Positions 30,901 to 40,276 of a stretch of DNA of 64,000 bases are shown in pieces. The position numbers and the translations under genes are program-made. Origin of the DNA: Trueperaceae bacterium (GTDB lineage: Bacteria; Deinococcota; Deinococci; Deinococcales; Trueperaceae); the NCBI GenBank assembly GCA_965213925.1, contig OZ243927.1, positions 512,001 through 576,000 on the forward strand, read 5' to 3'. The notes under the pieces were generated by a model. The model was not told the origin of the DNA. It saw nothing but the letters and a program-made list of their open reading frames with translations, and ran no database searches. Each line of letters opens with the position of its first letter. Position 1 is the stretch's first letter.

Positions 30901-32202
30901 GTGAACCTGTCGAGCGTCGCTAAGGGGCTCAGCGCGGAGCAGGGCGAAGCGATGATGGCGCTCGTCCGCGACCTGTACCCTCTCTGCCGCAGCATCACAG
31001 GGGACGGATTGAGGGCGACGCTCCGCCTGCTTCAGCAGCACGTTCCCTTGGAGATACGCGAAGTGCCGAGCGGCACGCCGGTCTTCGACTGGACGGTGCC
31101 GAACGAGTGGAATATCCGCGACGCCTACATCGAAGACGCACAGGGAGCGCGCGTCGTCGACTTTAGGGCGCACAATCTGCACGTGGTGAATTACAGCGTG
31201 CCCGTGCGCGAGCGCCTGACCCTGGAGGCGCTTCGCCCCCACCTGCACACCCTGCCCGAGCACCCCGACTGGATTCCCTACCGCACGAGCTACTACCGCG
31301 AAACGTGGGGGTTTTGCCTCCGCCATAGCACCCTTCTGTCCTTGGAGGAAGGGGAGTACGAGGTCGTTATCGACAGCTCGCTCGAGCCGGGAAGCCTCAG
31401 CTTCGGGGAGCTTGTTCTACCTGGCAAAAGTGGCGATGAGGTCCTCTTCTCCGCTCACTGCTGCCACCCCTCGCTCGCCAACGACAACCTCTCAGGTATC
31501 GCCGTCGCGATACTATTGGCTCAGCTTCTCGCAGGGACTGGGTCCCACCACTACACCTACCGCTTCCTCTTCGTGCCCGCGACCATCGGGACGATTGCCT
31601 GGCTGAGCCTCAATGAGGCGCATCTCTCCCACATAGAACACGGTCTCGTCCTCGCGGGCGTAGGCGACGGTGGACCGCTCCATTTCAAGCGGAGTAGACG
31701 CGGCGACAGCGAGCTTGACCGAGCGGCGGCGCACGTCCTCTCGCAGCGAGCGGACACCTATACGTTGCCCTTCTCCCCCGACGGTTACGATGAACGGCAG
31801 TACGGCTCGCCCGGCATCAACCTGCCCGTGGGGAGGCTCTCCCGAACCCCTTATGGCACGTATCCCGAATACCACACCTCGGCTGACAACCCGAGCTTCA
31901 TCAGCGAAGCATCGCTCGTAGAGACGTTGGCGTGGTGCCTAGAGCTGGTTGACGTGCTCGAGCACAACGGGCGCTACCGCAACCTCGCGCCCAAGGGCGA
32001 ACCGCAACTAGGCAAGCGGGGGCTATATACCCACCCGGACGGACGCCCTACGGACATGCCGGCCCTCCTGTGGGTGCTCAACTTGAGCGACGGTAAACAC
32101 ACGCTGCTCGAGGTTGCGGAGCGTTCCGGTTTAGCGTTCGGGCGCGTTAAAGAGGCGGCGGACCTCTTGTTGCGTCACGACTTGCTGCAGCGAGTGGACT
32201 GA
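30901..32202 (+). CDS. DUF4910 aminopeptidase-like protein with C-terminal winged HTH
   Basis: CRSITGDG, FDWTVPNEW, IPYRTSYY, HPSLANDNLSG, DERQY, EYHTSAD, GEPQLGKRGLY. Confidence 0.9.
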   Translation: MNLSSVAKGLSAEQGEAMMALVRDLYPLCRSITGDGLRATLRLLQQHVPLEIREVPSGTPVFDWTVPNEWNIRDAYIEDAQGARVVDFRAHNLHVVNYSVPVRERLTLEALRPHLHTLPEHPDWIPYRTSYYRETWGFCLRHSTLLSLEEGEYEVVIDSSLEPGSLSFGELVLPGKSGDEVLFSAHCCHPSLANDNLSGIAVAILLAQLLAGTGSHHYTYRFLFVPATIGTIAWLSLNEAHLSHIEHGLVLAGVGDGGPLHFKRSRRGDSELDRAAAHVLSQRADTYTLPFSPDGYDERQYGSPGINLPVGRLSRTPYGTYPEYHTSADNPSFISEASLVETLAWCLELVDVLEHNGRYRNLAPKGEPQLGKRGLYTHPDGRPTDMPALLWVLNLSDGKHTLLEVAERSGLAFGRVKEAADLLLRHDLLQRVD

Positions 32203-32222
32203 TGCCGACGCTCTTTATTTAG

Positions 32223-32539
32223 TGCACTGTCAGGTAAAAAATGAGTGATGTCATTCTGAACTAGGTTAGAGCACCGTTCGTCCAGCTTGACTGGAAAGCT
32301 CAGTAGGCATAGGTCAGAGCGAAGCTCAAAGGCTTTCAGCCTTCACCTGCTTAGCCTTGACCTGTGAAGCGACAGCGGAGCCCTTTACAGGATAGGCTTC
32401 GCCTGATGAAAGAATCTTGTCTTCCAGTCTCGGCTAGTTGGGAATAGAAGACGAGACCCTTACGCCTTCGCCGAAGCTTCGCTCTACTTCGTGAACAGGG
32501 TGACATCAGCGAAGGTGTCAACACGTAGTTTATGGTGTA
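32223..32539. repeat. Nested repeat family A, copy 5 (inner 32249-32505) carrying a family C insert at 32272-32295
   Basis: tgtcattctgaac...caccgttcgtccagcttgactgga...aagaatct...ggctagttgggaat...aagacgagacccttacg...cgtgaacagggtgaca; outer IR weak. Confidence 0.75.
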
Positions 32540-32642
32540 TTTAGTCTGCCTCTGCAAAGCGTGGATGACTTCGGTTCACGTAGCATCTCACTAAAGACAC
32601 TTTTACTTCGCGCCGTCCTTTTTCCAGGTTAGTATAGAAGCC

Positions 32643-33581
32643 TTGAACGGAACTGAACAGTTAGAGACCCTGAACTTGTCGGGGCGCACCGTGCTACTCA
32701 CCGGCGCGAGCGGCTTTATCGGCGCGCGCCTGAGCGAAGTTTTGCGTGAGGCTGACGCTAAGGTGTGGGGCGTGTCACGGCAGCCGCAAGAGGAAGGGGC
32801 GGGGTGCGACCGCTGGTTCCAAGGCGACGTGACTGAACTCAGCGCGGTCCGCGCCGCCTTTGCCGCTGCGGAGCCAGATGTCATCTTTCACCTCGCGGGT
32901 CAGGTCACGGGTACGCGCGACTTGAAGGCGGTGGTGCCGACACTGCGCGGCAACCTGCTGAGCGCGGTCAACCTCATGAGCGTGGCGACCGAGCGCGGCT
33001 GCGAGCGGCTCGTGCTCGCGGGCTCGTTGGAGGAACCTGAGGGCACGTCGGTTCCGGCTTCGCCCTACGCGGCGGCGAAAGGAGCAGTGGGTCAATACGC
33101 CCAGATGTTTCACGCCCTCTACGGAACACCCGTTACGTTGGCGCGCATCTTCATGGTGTACGGTCCCGGCGACAGGAACGTTCACAGGCTCGTCCCCTAC
33201 GTGAGCACGTCGCTGCTCCGGGGCGAGACCCCTAAGCTCACCAGCGGCGTCAGAGAGGTCGACTGGGTTTACGTAGACGACGTCGTGCGTGGGCTCGTCG
33301 CGCTTGCCCGAGTTCCTGCTAGCGGGCAGAGGCTCGACCTCGGGTCGGGACAACTCGTGATGGTGCGCCGCGTCGCCGAAGAACTCGTTTCGCTTACGGG
33401 CTCGGCAACTCGCCCTCACTACGGCGCAATCGCCGACCGAGCGATGGAGCAGGTGCGTAGGGCGGACGTCGCGGCAACGTTCGACGCCACAGGGTGGAAG
33501 CCTACCGTCCCCCTCCGCGAAGGGTTAGCCCGCACGGTCTCTTGGTACAGAGCGTTTCTCGAGACGCAGTCGGGAACGTAA
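32643..33581 (+). CDS. NAD-dependent epimerase / 4-ketoreductase (abequose-synthase-like)
   Basis: TGASGFIG, FHLAG, YAAAK, VYGPG, DWVYVDD. Confidence 0.88.
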   Translation: MNGTEQLETLNLSGRTVLLTGASGFIGARLSEVLREADAKVWGVSRQPQEEGAGCDRWFQGDVTELSAVRAAFAAAEPDVIFHLAGQVTGTRDLKAVVPTLRGNLLSAVNLMSVATERGCERLVLAGSLEEPEGTSVPASPYAAAKGAVGQYAQMFHALYGTPVTLARIFMVYGPGDRNVHRLVPYVSTSLLRGETPKLTSGVREVDWVYVDDVVRGLVALARVPASGQRLDLGSGQLVMVRRVAEELVSLTGSATRPHYGAIADRAMEQVRRADVAATFDATGWKPTVPLREGLARTVSWYRAFLETQSGT

Positions 33582-33616
33582 AAACGGTTTCCGAGCAGGA
33601 CTACCCGAAAACCGCA

Positions 33617-34264
33617 TCACAAGACAAATTTACGGGCGTAAAACCCTTCGGCGAAACGGCTCGGCGCGTTCGCCTCTACGCCGCGTAAGCGCATAAGGCT
33701 CGAGAAGGTGTCCGCGTCGAACCACTGCTTGTGCCGCTGGCTCGCGAAGCATCTCATCAAAAGCTCGAGCTTGCGCTGAGCGATGGTCTCCGGCAGACGA
33801 ACAAAGGCGTTGGGGTTGCCTAGGTCGCCGTCGTACTTGGCGATTTCGTACTCGAGGATCAGGTGGTTGCGGAACGTGTTCCAGGTGAGGTCAGAAACCA
33901 CGCGGTGGTCCTGATGCCGGTCGTCGCGCGCGTGAGTGAAGATGAGGTCGGGGGTGTCTACCCGCTTGAGCGTCTCGAAGAAGTCCTTGATCTGCGACCC
34001 CTGAAAGGGGAAGTGCCCGTCGCGAAAGGCTTGCGTGATGACCTCCTTTCGGGCTGCGCCCTCTAAAAAGAGGTCGGCGCTGGCGCTCGCCTCCTCGAGG
34101 CGTGGACCTGCGGCGCTCAACACCACCCACGTCACGCTTACTTGCGCGCTAGTCTCCAAGAGCTTGAGCAACGTTCCGCCGCAGCCGATCTCGATGTCGT
34201 CGCTGTGCGCGCCTAAGCAGAGGAGGTGAATAGGTTTATCAGCGGGCAGGGCGAACTCCAGCAC
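33617..34264 (-). CDS. PIG-L / LmbE-family deacetylase
   Basis: GAHSDDIEIGCGG, HQDH, FASQ; likely GTG start at 34264 directly after rfbF. Confidence 0.9.
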   Translation of the reverse strand: MLEFALPADKPIHLLCLGAHSDDIEIGCGGTLLKLLETSAQVSVTWVVLSAAGPRLEEASASADLFLEGAARKEVITQAFRDGHFPFQGSQIKDFFETLKRVDTPDLIFTHARDDRHQDHRVVSDLTWNTFRNHLILEYEIAKYDGDLGNPNAFVRLPETIAQRKLELLMRCFASQRHKQWFDADTFSSLMRLRGVEANAPSRFAEGFYARKFVL

Positions 34265-34266
34265 TC

Positions 34267-35064
34267 TTACACGTCCCCCGCTTCCTCCGACTTCCACACC
34301 TGCCACGGCGCGTTCCCCGCCGCGTAGAGCCCCTCTAAGTACTGCTGGTCCTTGAAGGTATCGAGCGCGGCCCAAAACCCCCCATAGGGAGAGGCGCTCA
34401 GGGCTCGCTTTTGGATAAGCCGCTCGAGGGGTTCTTCGACCAGTTCTTCCCCAGGTTCCAGGTAGTCGAAAATCTGCTGCCTGAAGATAAAGAAGCCGCC
34501 GTTGATTAAAATATTGGTGCTCGTGATGCTGGTGATGTCCCCGACCAGGTTATCCTCGCCCAGTTTCACGCTGTGCAGGCTCAAGTTAGGTTTGACGCAT
34601 ATGAAATCCCCTATCACGTCGTCACGCTTCCTGAACGCTTCGATCCTGCGGTCGAGGGGCGCGTCGGTCAAGCCGTCGCTGTAGTTGGCTAGGAACACCT
34701 CTTCGCCCTCGAGATAGGGCCTGACCTTCCTGAGACGCTCGCCGATGTTGGCGTGAAGCCCCGTGTCCACAAAGGTGATGCGCCAATCCTGGATGTCGCG
34801 GTGCAGCAGCTCCGGCGCGTCGCCGTCGCCCGAGAGCACGAAGTCGTTGGTGAGCCACTCCTTATATTCCAAGAAGTAGCGCTTGATAAAGTCCGCCCTG
34901 TAACCCAAGCAGAGGATGAAGTCTTTGTGCCCGAAGTGAGCGTAGTACTTCATGACGTGCCACAGGATAGGCCTGTAACCGATCGTCACCATTGGCTTAG
35001 GGACATCCTCCGCATAGTTTCTCAGCCTCAGTCCTAAGCCGCCACAAAAAAGAACAACTTTCAT
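34267..35064 (-). CDS. rfbF: Glucose-1-phosphate cytidylyltransferase
   Basis: LFCGGLGLRL, PKPMV, FVDTG, NYSDG, INGGFF, FWAALDT. Confidence 0.88.
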   Translation of the reverse strand: MKVVLFCGGLGLRLRNYAEDVPKPMVTIGYRPILWHVMKYYAHFGHKDFILCLGYRADFIKRYFLEYKEWLTNDFVLSGDGDAPELLHRDIQDWRITFVDTGLHANIGERLRKVRPYLEGEEVFLANYSDGLTDAPLDRRIEAFRKRDDVIGDFICVKPNLSLHSVKLGEDNLVGDITSITSTNILINGGFFIFRQQIFDYLEPGEELVEEPLERLIQKRALSASPYGGFWAALDTFKDQQYLEGLYAAGNAPWQVWKSEEAGDV

Positions 35065-35289
35065 TACTCACACCGCCGTAAAGAGATATCGTCAAAATAG
35101 GAAACGCGGATTCCTAAGTGTATGCACGCGCAGGGCACGAGTGTCAAGGCTACGGCGCTTTCATGAACTTCACGGAAAGTCGTTGGGTGGGGTACTTTGC
35201 CGGGAGAATATCGCGCCGACGTCTTTACAGAGCACAGAACTAGTCCGCTCCGACGCTTCGACCCTACGTGCCCGTAACTACAGAGCGCG

Positions 35290-35306
35290 GTTAAATGGAG
35301 ATGAAG
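35290..35306 (-). promoter_or_regulatory. Direct-repeat box CTTCAT-N5-TTTAAC
   Basis: Reverse complement of gttaaatggagatgaag; upstream of rfbF and just after a terminator. Confidence 0.5.
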
Positions 35307-35336
35307 CAGAGCAGGACGACTCCGCAACTGTTCAGC

Positions 35337-35369
35337 AAAAGTGGGCGGCGGAAATACCCGCCGCCCACT
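35337..35369 (-). terminator. Intrinsic terminator of the 748-aa lipoprotein gene
   Basis: agtgggcggcgg/ccgccgcccact stem with T-run on the minus strand. Confidence 0.75.
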
Positions 35370-35386
35370 CCCAAGAGAAGTTTACG

Positions 35387-37633
35387 CTACTTCGCTGCTT
35401 GCATCAGACTCTCGCGTGGTCCGACCGTGACGTTTTTCTGGGCGAGTTTCGTGCGGAAGCGGTTCAATTCGGCGGCTTCTGCTTGCCGGTCAACCTTACC
35501 GCTCCAGTTCTTGTTGCCGCGCCACTGCGCGGCGTCGGGTGCCCACCAGTCGTTCCGGTAATTCGCCCAAGCGTAGTTCTGACCTCGGTTCACCCAGCCG
35601 CTCAGGTTATTGTAGCCGACGTTGTTGCCGAACGCTGCGGGCTTGGAGTTGTTCCAGATGTAGAGCCCGACGTTCTGCGAGGCGATGGGGGTGCCGTCGG
35701 CGAGGCGACCGCTTGAGATGACCCGGTTGTTGTAGAACCGGTTGTGCTGACCGCCTGCGATGGCGACGCCATAGTTCGCGGTCGAGACAACTTGGTTATC
35801 AAAGGCGTGGAGGTGCGCGCCGCCCGCGTCGCCCAGCATGATGCCGCCGCCGCTAAAGCCGTCTTTCGCGGGGTTCGCCGGATACGCGCCCTGGATATAG
35901 TTGTTGTGGATGCGGACCGGGCTACTTGACGTGCCGCTCGTTGCATAGAAGTTGATGACGTCTTCAACCCGGCTCTTGTAGGGCTCGTTGATGATCTCGT
36001 TCCAGGCGACCTCAGTGTTTTTGAGGCGCTCGCCCTTGTCGAACTGGGCGAACTGAACGAGTGTAACGTCGTCGCCGCGCCAGCCCCCTCTGCCGTTGGA
36101 GCGCCGCCCGTCGATGTTCTTCGCGCGGTTGCGCAGAATTTTGACAGTCGCGCCGGGGCGCGAGCGGTGCAACCAGATGCCCGAGGTGCTTTCCATATAC
36201 GAGTTTTCGACGCGCACGAAAGCGTAGGTATCCGCGACTAAGAATCGACCCGGAGTCCGACCGACGACGTTCGGATTGAGCCCGTAGCCGACCACGTTGC
36301 GCACGGTCACGTTAGCGTTATAGCCGGGTTCGGCGTGGATGAGGTGACCTTTGGAGCGGATGGTCGCGTTCTCGATGGTGACGGGTTGGCTCGTGCGGAT
36401 GCGCACGGCGGGCGTACGCGCGTCCTTGCTCTCCCAGTTCCCGCTGTAGATGCCGCCCTTCGTGATGACGAGGGGGGAGCTGTACACCGGCGCGGGTTTC
36501 TCTCCAGGCTTAGATTTTTCGATCGGCGTCGCGGTGGCACCGGGGACGAAGTTCGCATCGGGAGTCAGGATAATCTTGTCGAAGGCGAAGCCATCCTCAC
36601 GCATCCACACGTTGAGGGTGTGAACGCCTTTGGGCAGCTTGAGTTTCGCCCTGGAGCCGTCCATCGTGCCTTTTTCCCAGCCGAAATCTGTGCCGAAGCC
36701 GCTGATGCGGTCCGCGCTAGAGACAGCTTTACCGCTGAGCCCTACATGGACCGAGTTGCTGCTGCTCTTTCTCCCACTTACAGCTTTGCCCCGCACCCAC
36801 ACGTAGTACGTGCCCGCTCGCGCGACGTCGAGCCTGTAGTCCAAACGGGGGCTCCTGGACACAAAGTTCGTGTTGCGGTTCGTGCCGATGTCGGGCAGCG
36901 CTTGCAGCGCCCCTTTCTGCCCCTTCCAGGCGTGCTTGCCCCCGTCCGCCTTTGCATGGAACGCTTCTGCTTCCAAGGCGAAGTTGCCGCCCTCTGGTGC
37001 GAAAGCGGCTGCGGGCTTCTCGTCGCTCGGGACGAACTTGGGGTCGGGCGACAGCGCGAGCTTATCGAAGGCGAAGCCGTCCTCGCGCATCCACACGTTA
37101 AGGGTGTGCTGACCCGCCGAAGGAACGTCGATGCGCGCGACGGCTCCGCTCATCGTGCTCTTGAGCCACGCGAAGTCCGTGCCGAAGTTGCCCATGTCCT
37201 TAGCGCTGCGCTGCGCTTTTCCGTTCAGGCCAACGTGGACCGAGTTGCTGCTGCTTCTCTTTCCGCTGATGGCTTTGCCCCGCACCCACACGTAGTGCGT
37301 ACCCGAGCGGCTGAAGTCGACGACGAAGTCTAAGCGGGGGCTCTGGGTCGTGTAGTTTTTGTAGTTGTTGGTGCCCCTATCGGGGAGCGCTTGCAGCGCC
37401 CCCTTACCCGACGCTTCAGCGGCGGTGACGCGCTTCCACGCATGAGCACCTTGCGCGGTGTTTTTGTTAAACGCTTCGGCCTCGAGTTCCACGAGCCCGT
37501 TTTTGCCCTGTTTGAAAGCGTCGGTTTCTGCAAGAGGCGACAGCGGCTCGGTCGTCACGCTGCTACACGCCGCTAAAATCCACAGCGCTGCTAGAAGAAA
37601 TGCCGCTTTGATGCCCTTGAGTGTTACAACCAT
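35387..37633 (-). CDS. Lipoprotein: two CBM-like modules + right-handed beta-helix (paralog of 22718-24415)
   Basis: Lipobox LAAC; LEAEAF...YVWVRG...LNVWMREDGFAFDK module twice; C-terminal domain closely similar to the paralog. Confidence 0.8.
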   Translation of the reverse strand: MVVTLKGIKAAFLLAALWILAACSSVTTEPLSPLAETDAFKQGKNGLVELEAEAFNKNTAQGAHAWKRVTAAEASGKGALQALPDRGTNNYKNYTTQSPRLDFVVDFSRSGTHYVWVRGKAISGKRSSSNSVHVGLNGKAQRSAKDMGNFGTDFAWLKSTMSGAVARIDVPSAGQHTLNVWMREDGFAFDKLALSPDPKFVPSDEKPAAAFAPEGGNFALEAEAFHAKADGGKHAWKGQKGALQALPDIGTNRNTNFVSRSPRLDYRLDVARAGTYYVWVRGKAVSGRKSSSNSVHVGLSGKAVSSADRISGFGTDFGWEKGTMDGSRAKLKLPKGVHTLNVWMREDGFAFDKIILTPDANFVPGATATPIEKSKPGEKPAPVYSSPLVITKGGIYSGNWESKDARTPAVRIRTSQPVTIENATIRSKGHLIHAEPGYNANVTVRNVVGYGLNPNVVGRTPGRFLVADTYAFVRVENSYMESTSGIWLHRSRPGATVKILRNRAKNIDGRRSNGRGGWRGDDVTLVQFAQFDKGERLKNTEVAWNEIINEPYKSRVEDVINFYATSGTSSSPVRIHNNYIQGAYPANPAKDGFSGGGIMLGDAGGAHLHAFDNQVVSTANYGVAIAGGQHNRFYNNRVISSGRLADGTPIASQNVGLYIWNNSKPAAFGNNVGYNNLSGWVNRGQNYAWANYRNDWWAPDAAQWRGNKNWSGKVDRQAEAAELNRFRTKLAQKNVTVGPRESLMQAAK

Positions 37634-37812
37634 GTGTTCGATACCTTCTCTCCCTGGAGTTGGCGACCGGCCGAGCTAGCGCTGCAGCACCAGGTTAGAA
37701 GTCATACGAGACCTCCTCAGCCGGTTGCGCCACTGGCTCGGTCTGTTCCTAGCGCCCAAATGATGGAACAGACTTCGTCGCCGCTGAGGAGGGTTCTCCT
37801 CAATCAAAGTGA

Positions 37813-37847
37813 AGTATAGAACCGCTCTAGGTTAAGGAAACGTGAAG
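37813..37847 (-). promoter_or_regulatory. Direct-repeat box CTTCAC-N5-CTTAAC followed by TATACT -10
   Basis: Minus strand reads cttcacgtttccttaacctagagcggttctatact. Confidence 0.6.
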
Positions 37848-38056
37848 AATTTTGGAAAAGGGAGGGAACTGTGAAACTTTCAATATTAGGTCGCTGCAAG
37901 AGCTTGGCGCACCGTCGCGGTGCGTACGGTTACGCTGTTCAAGGCAGACGCGCTCCGGGCTCAGGTGGATTTAGGGTAACGACGTTTTCCGTAACCTGCG
38001 CGCACCTATTGACTTAGTTAAGGGTGCTCGAGCTGTAACCCCAGACTGGGGCGTTT

Positions 38057-38731
38057 TTATTCTTTGTACTGAGATTGGCGGCGCAAGAAGGTGGACAAGG
38101 CAAGGCTCGAGACCAGCAGCCCCGCCGACGCTAGCAGATACCACACGTTGAGCTGAACGCCGTCGGTGACGAACTCGCCCTCGAGCGACGCGCCCGCTAA
38201 CACCCCAATTAGTAATCCTGGAATACCACCAATCAGCGTCGCGAGCATAAAGCCTACGAAAGAGATGCGCAACGCGCCAGAAGCGTAGTTGACTAGATCG
38301 CCCGGCAAGAGGAGAAAACGGCTCAGCAGAACACTCTCAAAAGCTCTGGTGCGCAGCCGCTCCACCCAACGCGCACTCATCCCTGGAATATCTTCCGACC
38401 TGTCTCCCGCAAGATAAAAACCTAAGAGGTACGAAAGCCCCGTGGAGACCAGCGACGCGATAAGCGCATACACGAAACCCCACACCGCGCCGAATAAAAA
38501 CCCCGACGCAACCGTTAAAAGTGTGATGGGCACGAGCAAAAGGGGGCGGATAAGGTATATAATAAAAAAGATAAGCGGACCCCAAACGCCGTTTCTAATG
38601 AGCATTAGCCAACCCCGAAACAGCTCAATCAAACTCGCCTCTTGGCGCTGTACGTAGAGCCAAAAGACAGCCAAAACGACCAACCAGAGCGCGAGCACTA
38701 CTTTTGACCAGGAAGAACGCTTCGGTGTCAC
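38057..38731 (-). CDS. TVP38/TMEM64 (VTT/DedA-like) membrane protein
   Basis: LTVASGFLFG, SRFLLLPGDLVNY, FMLATLIGGIPG. Confidence 0.88.
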   Translation of the reverse strand: MTPKRSSWSKVVLALWLVVLAVFWLYVQRQEASLIELFRGWLMLIRNGVWGPLIFFIIYLIRPLLLVPITLLTVASGFLFGAVWGFVYALIASLVSTGLSYLLGFYLAGDRSEDIPGMSARWVERLRTRAFESVLLSRFLLLPGDLVNYASGALRISFVGFMLATLIGGIPGLLIGVLAGASLEGEFVTDGVQLNVWYLLASAGLLVSSLALSTFLRRQSQYKE

Positions 38732-38884
38732 GTCTGAAGTATGGCATAGGAGCTGTGCGCCACAAGTAAATTTCGAACTCGCCGCTCTGCCCGGCTCGAG
38801 CGAGAAACCGCGACCTCTCCCCGTAAACTCGAATACCGCAATTTTACGCCCGTCCTGTCATCATCACTATAAGGAGTTTTGATT

Positions 38885-39490
38885 ATGAAATTAAGACTGT
38901 TCGCACCCCTTTTCCTAGTTTTAGCCGGACTGCTCATCGCCGTGCCTTACGCCCTTTCGCAGGACAACGCCGAAACGACACAAGCGACTCAAGAGGTCAG
39001 AGGTGTCGCACCCTTAGGCTTTGACGCCACTAGCTTCACCAAGCCGAGCGACGAAGTGTTGCGCCAAGAACTTACCGACATCCAGTACCGCGTCACGCAA
39101 AAAGACGCCACCGAGCGCCCCTTCGACAACCCCTACTGGGACAACAAGGAGCCCGGCATCTACGTGGACATCGTCTCGGGCGAGCCGCTCTTCTCCTCCA
39201 CAGATAAGTACGTCTCCGGGACGGGCTGGCCCTCCTTTACGAAGCCTTTGGAGCCCGCTAACATTGTCGAGAAACCCGACCGTAAGCTCTTCATCGTACG
39301 CACCGAGATTCGCAGCAAGCACGCGGACTCGCACGTAGGGCACGTCTTTGAAGACGGACCTGAGCCCACCGGACTTCGCTACTGCATGAACTCGGCGGCG
39401 CTGCGTTTTGTGCCCGCGGCTGAGCTAGAAGCGCAAGGGTACGGGGAGTACATGACGCTTTTTGAGGGGACGCAGAACGCCTCGAACTAG
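38885..39490 (+). CDS. msrB: Exported peptide methionine-R-sulfoxide reductase (non-zinc type)
   Basis: Signal peptide; [32 protein letters not shown]. Confidence 0.95.
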   Translation: MKLRLFAPLFLVLAGLLIAVPYALSQDNAETTQATQEVRGVAPLGFDATSFTKPSDEVLRQELTDIQYRVTQKDATERPFDNPYWDNKEPGIYVDIVSGEPLFSSTDKYVSGTGWPSFTKPLEPANIVEKPDRKLFIVRTEIRSKHADSHVGHVFEDGPEPTGLRYCMNSAALRFVPAAELEAQGYGEYMTLFEGTQNASN

Positions 39491-39508
39491 ACAGATTCAC
39501 ATGTTAGT

Positions 39509-39544
39509 GGAGCCTCGAGTCAACACTCGAGGCTCCTTCTTTTG
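39509..39544 (+). terminator. Intrinsic terminator
   Basis: ggagcctcgagt/actcgaggctcc stem + ttcttttt. Confidence 0.75.
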
Positions 39545-39546
39545 GT

Positions 39547-39830
39547 TCAGGTTCTTAGTCCCTCTAAAACCTGCTTTAGCACCCCCTTGACCTCTTCCAG
39601 TTTCTGTTCAGGCTGAGGTGACTGTGCGACCCATAGCGCGGCTTGATTCATCGCGCCGTTCAAGAGGTGAAGCAATGCTCCTTCAGATTTAACGTTCATC
39701 AGCTTAGCTGCTACAAGCTCCTCAATCCCTTCCTGAAGGAGCCTCGAGCCGTGTTCGGTGTCTAACCGTGACCACCCCTCCCAACCCAAAACAGCGGGCG
39801 CGTCAATTAGGAGAATCTGCTGTGCGGCGC
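39547..39830 (-). pseudogene. TetR-family regulator C-terminal fragment (HTH missing)
   Basis: [17 protein letters not shown]...LLNGAMNQAALWVA is typical of a TetR C-terminal domain; no N-terminal HTH upstream. Confidence 0.7.
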
Positions 39831-39853
39831 GGTTTGTTACGGCGTGCAACCAG

Positions 39854-40258
39854 GTGAAACAACCTCCTGTTATCTTTACGGAGAAGGTGGTCGAATCCAA
39901 GGCGTTCTATCTCGAGCATTTTCCCCTCGAGCTAACCTTTGATTCGGATTGGTACGTGAGCCTCAAATCTACCGGGGAGAGAGCTTTCGAACTCGCACTT
40001 TTAGATTTTCGCCACGAAACAATACCCGAAGCGTATAGACAACCCTTTTCAAGTGGACTGATCATCAATTTTGAGGTCGAAGAGGTTGACAGCGTCTTCG
40101 AGCAGTTTAGAGAAGCGGGGCCACCTATCTACCTGGAGCTTCGCAGTGAACCGTTCGGACAGCGGCATTTCATCACCTCTGACCCGAACGGCATATTGAT
40201 TGATGTCATCAAAGTTATCCCTTATTCGGATGAATTTTTGCAGAGCGTACAAAACTAA
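39854..40258 (+). CDS. VOC/glyoxalase family protein (N-terminus possibly truncated)
   Basis: [51 protein letters not shown]. Confidence 0.85.
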   Translation: MKQPPVIFTEKVVESKAFYLEHFPLELTFDSDWYVSLKSTGERAFELALLDFRHETIPEAYRQPFSSGLIINFEVEEVDSVFEQFREAGPPIYLELRSEPFGQRHFITSDPNGILIDVIKVIPYSDEFLQSVQN

Positions 40259-40276
40259 CTGGGTAAAGCTAAGAGC

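Noticed and set aside
30223..31326. Long antisense ORFs (also 27999-28829, 36335-37333, 63014-63790)
   Set aside because: Shadow frames of well-supported genes in GC-rich DNA
35141..35716. 191-aa plus-strand ORF
   Set aside because: Overlaps the lipoprotein gene antisense and spans its terminator
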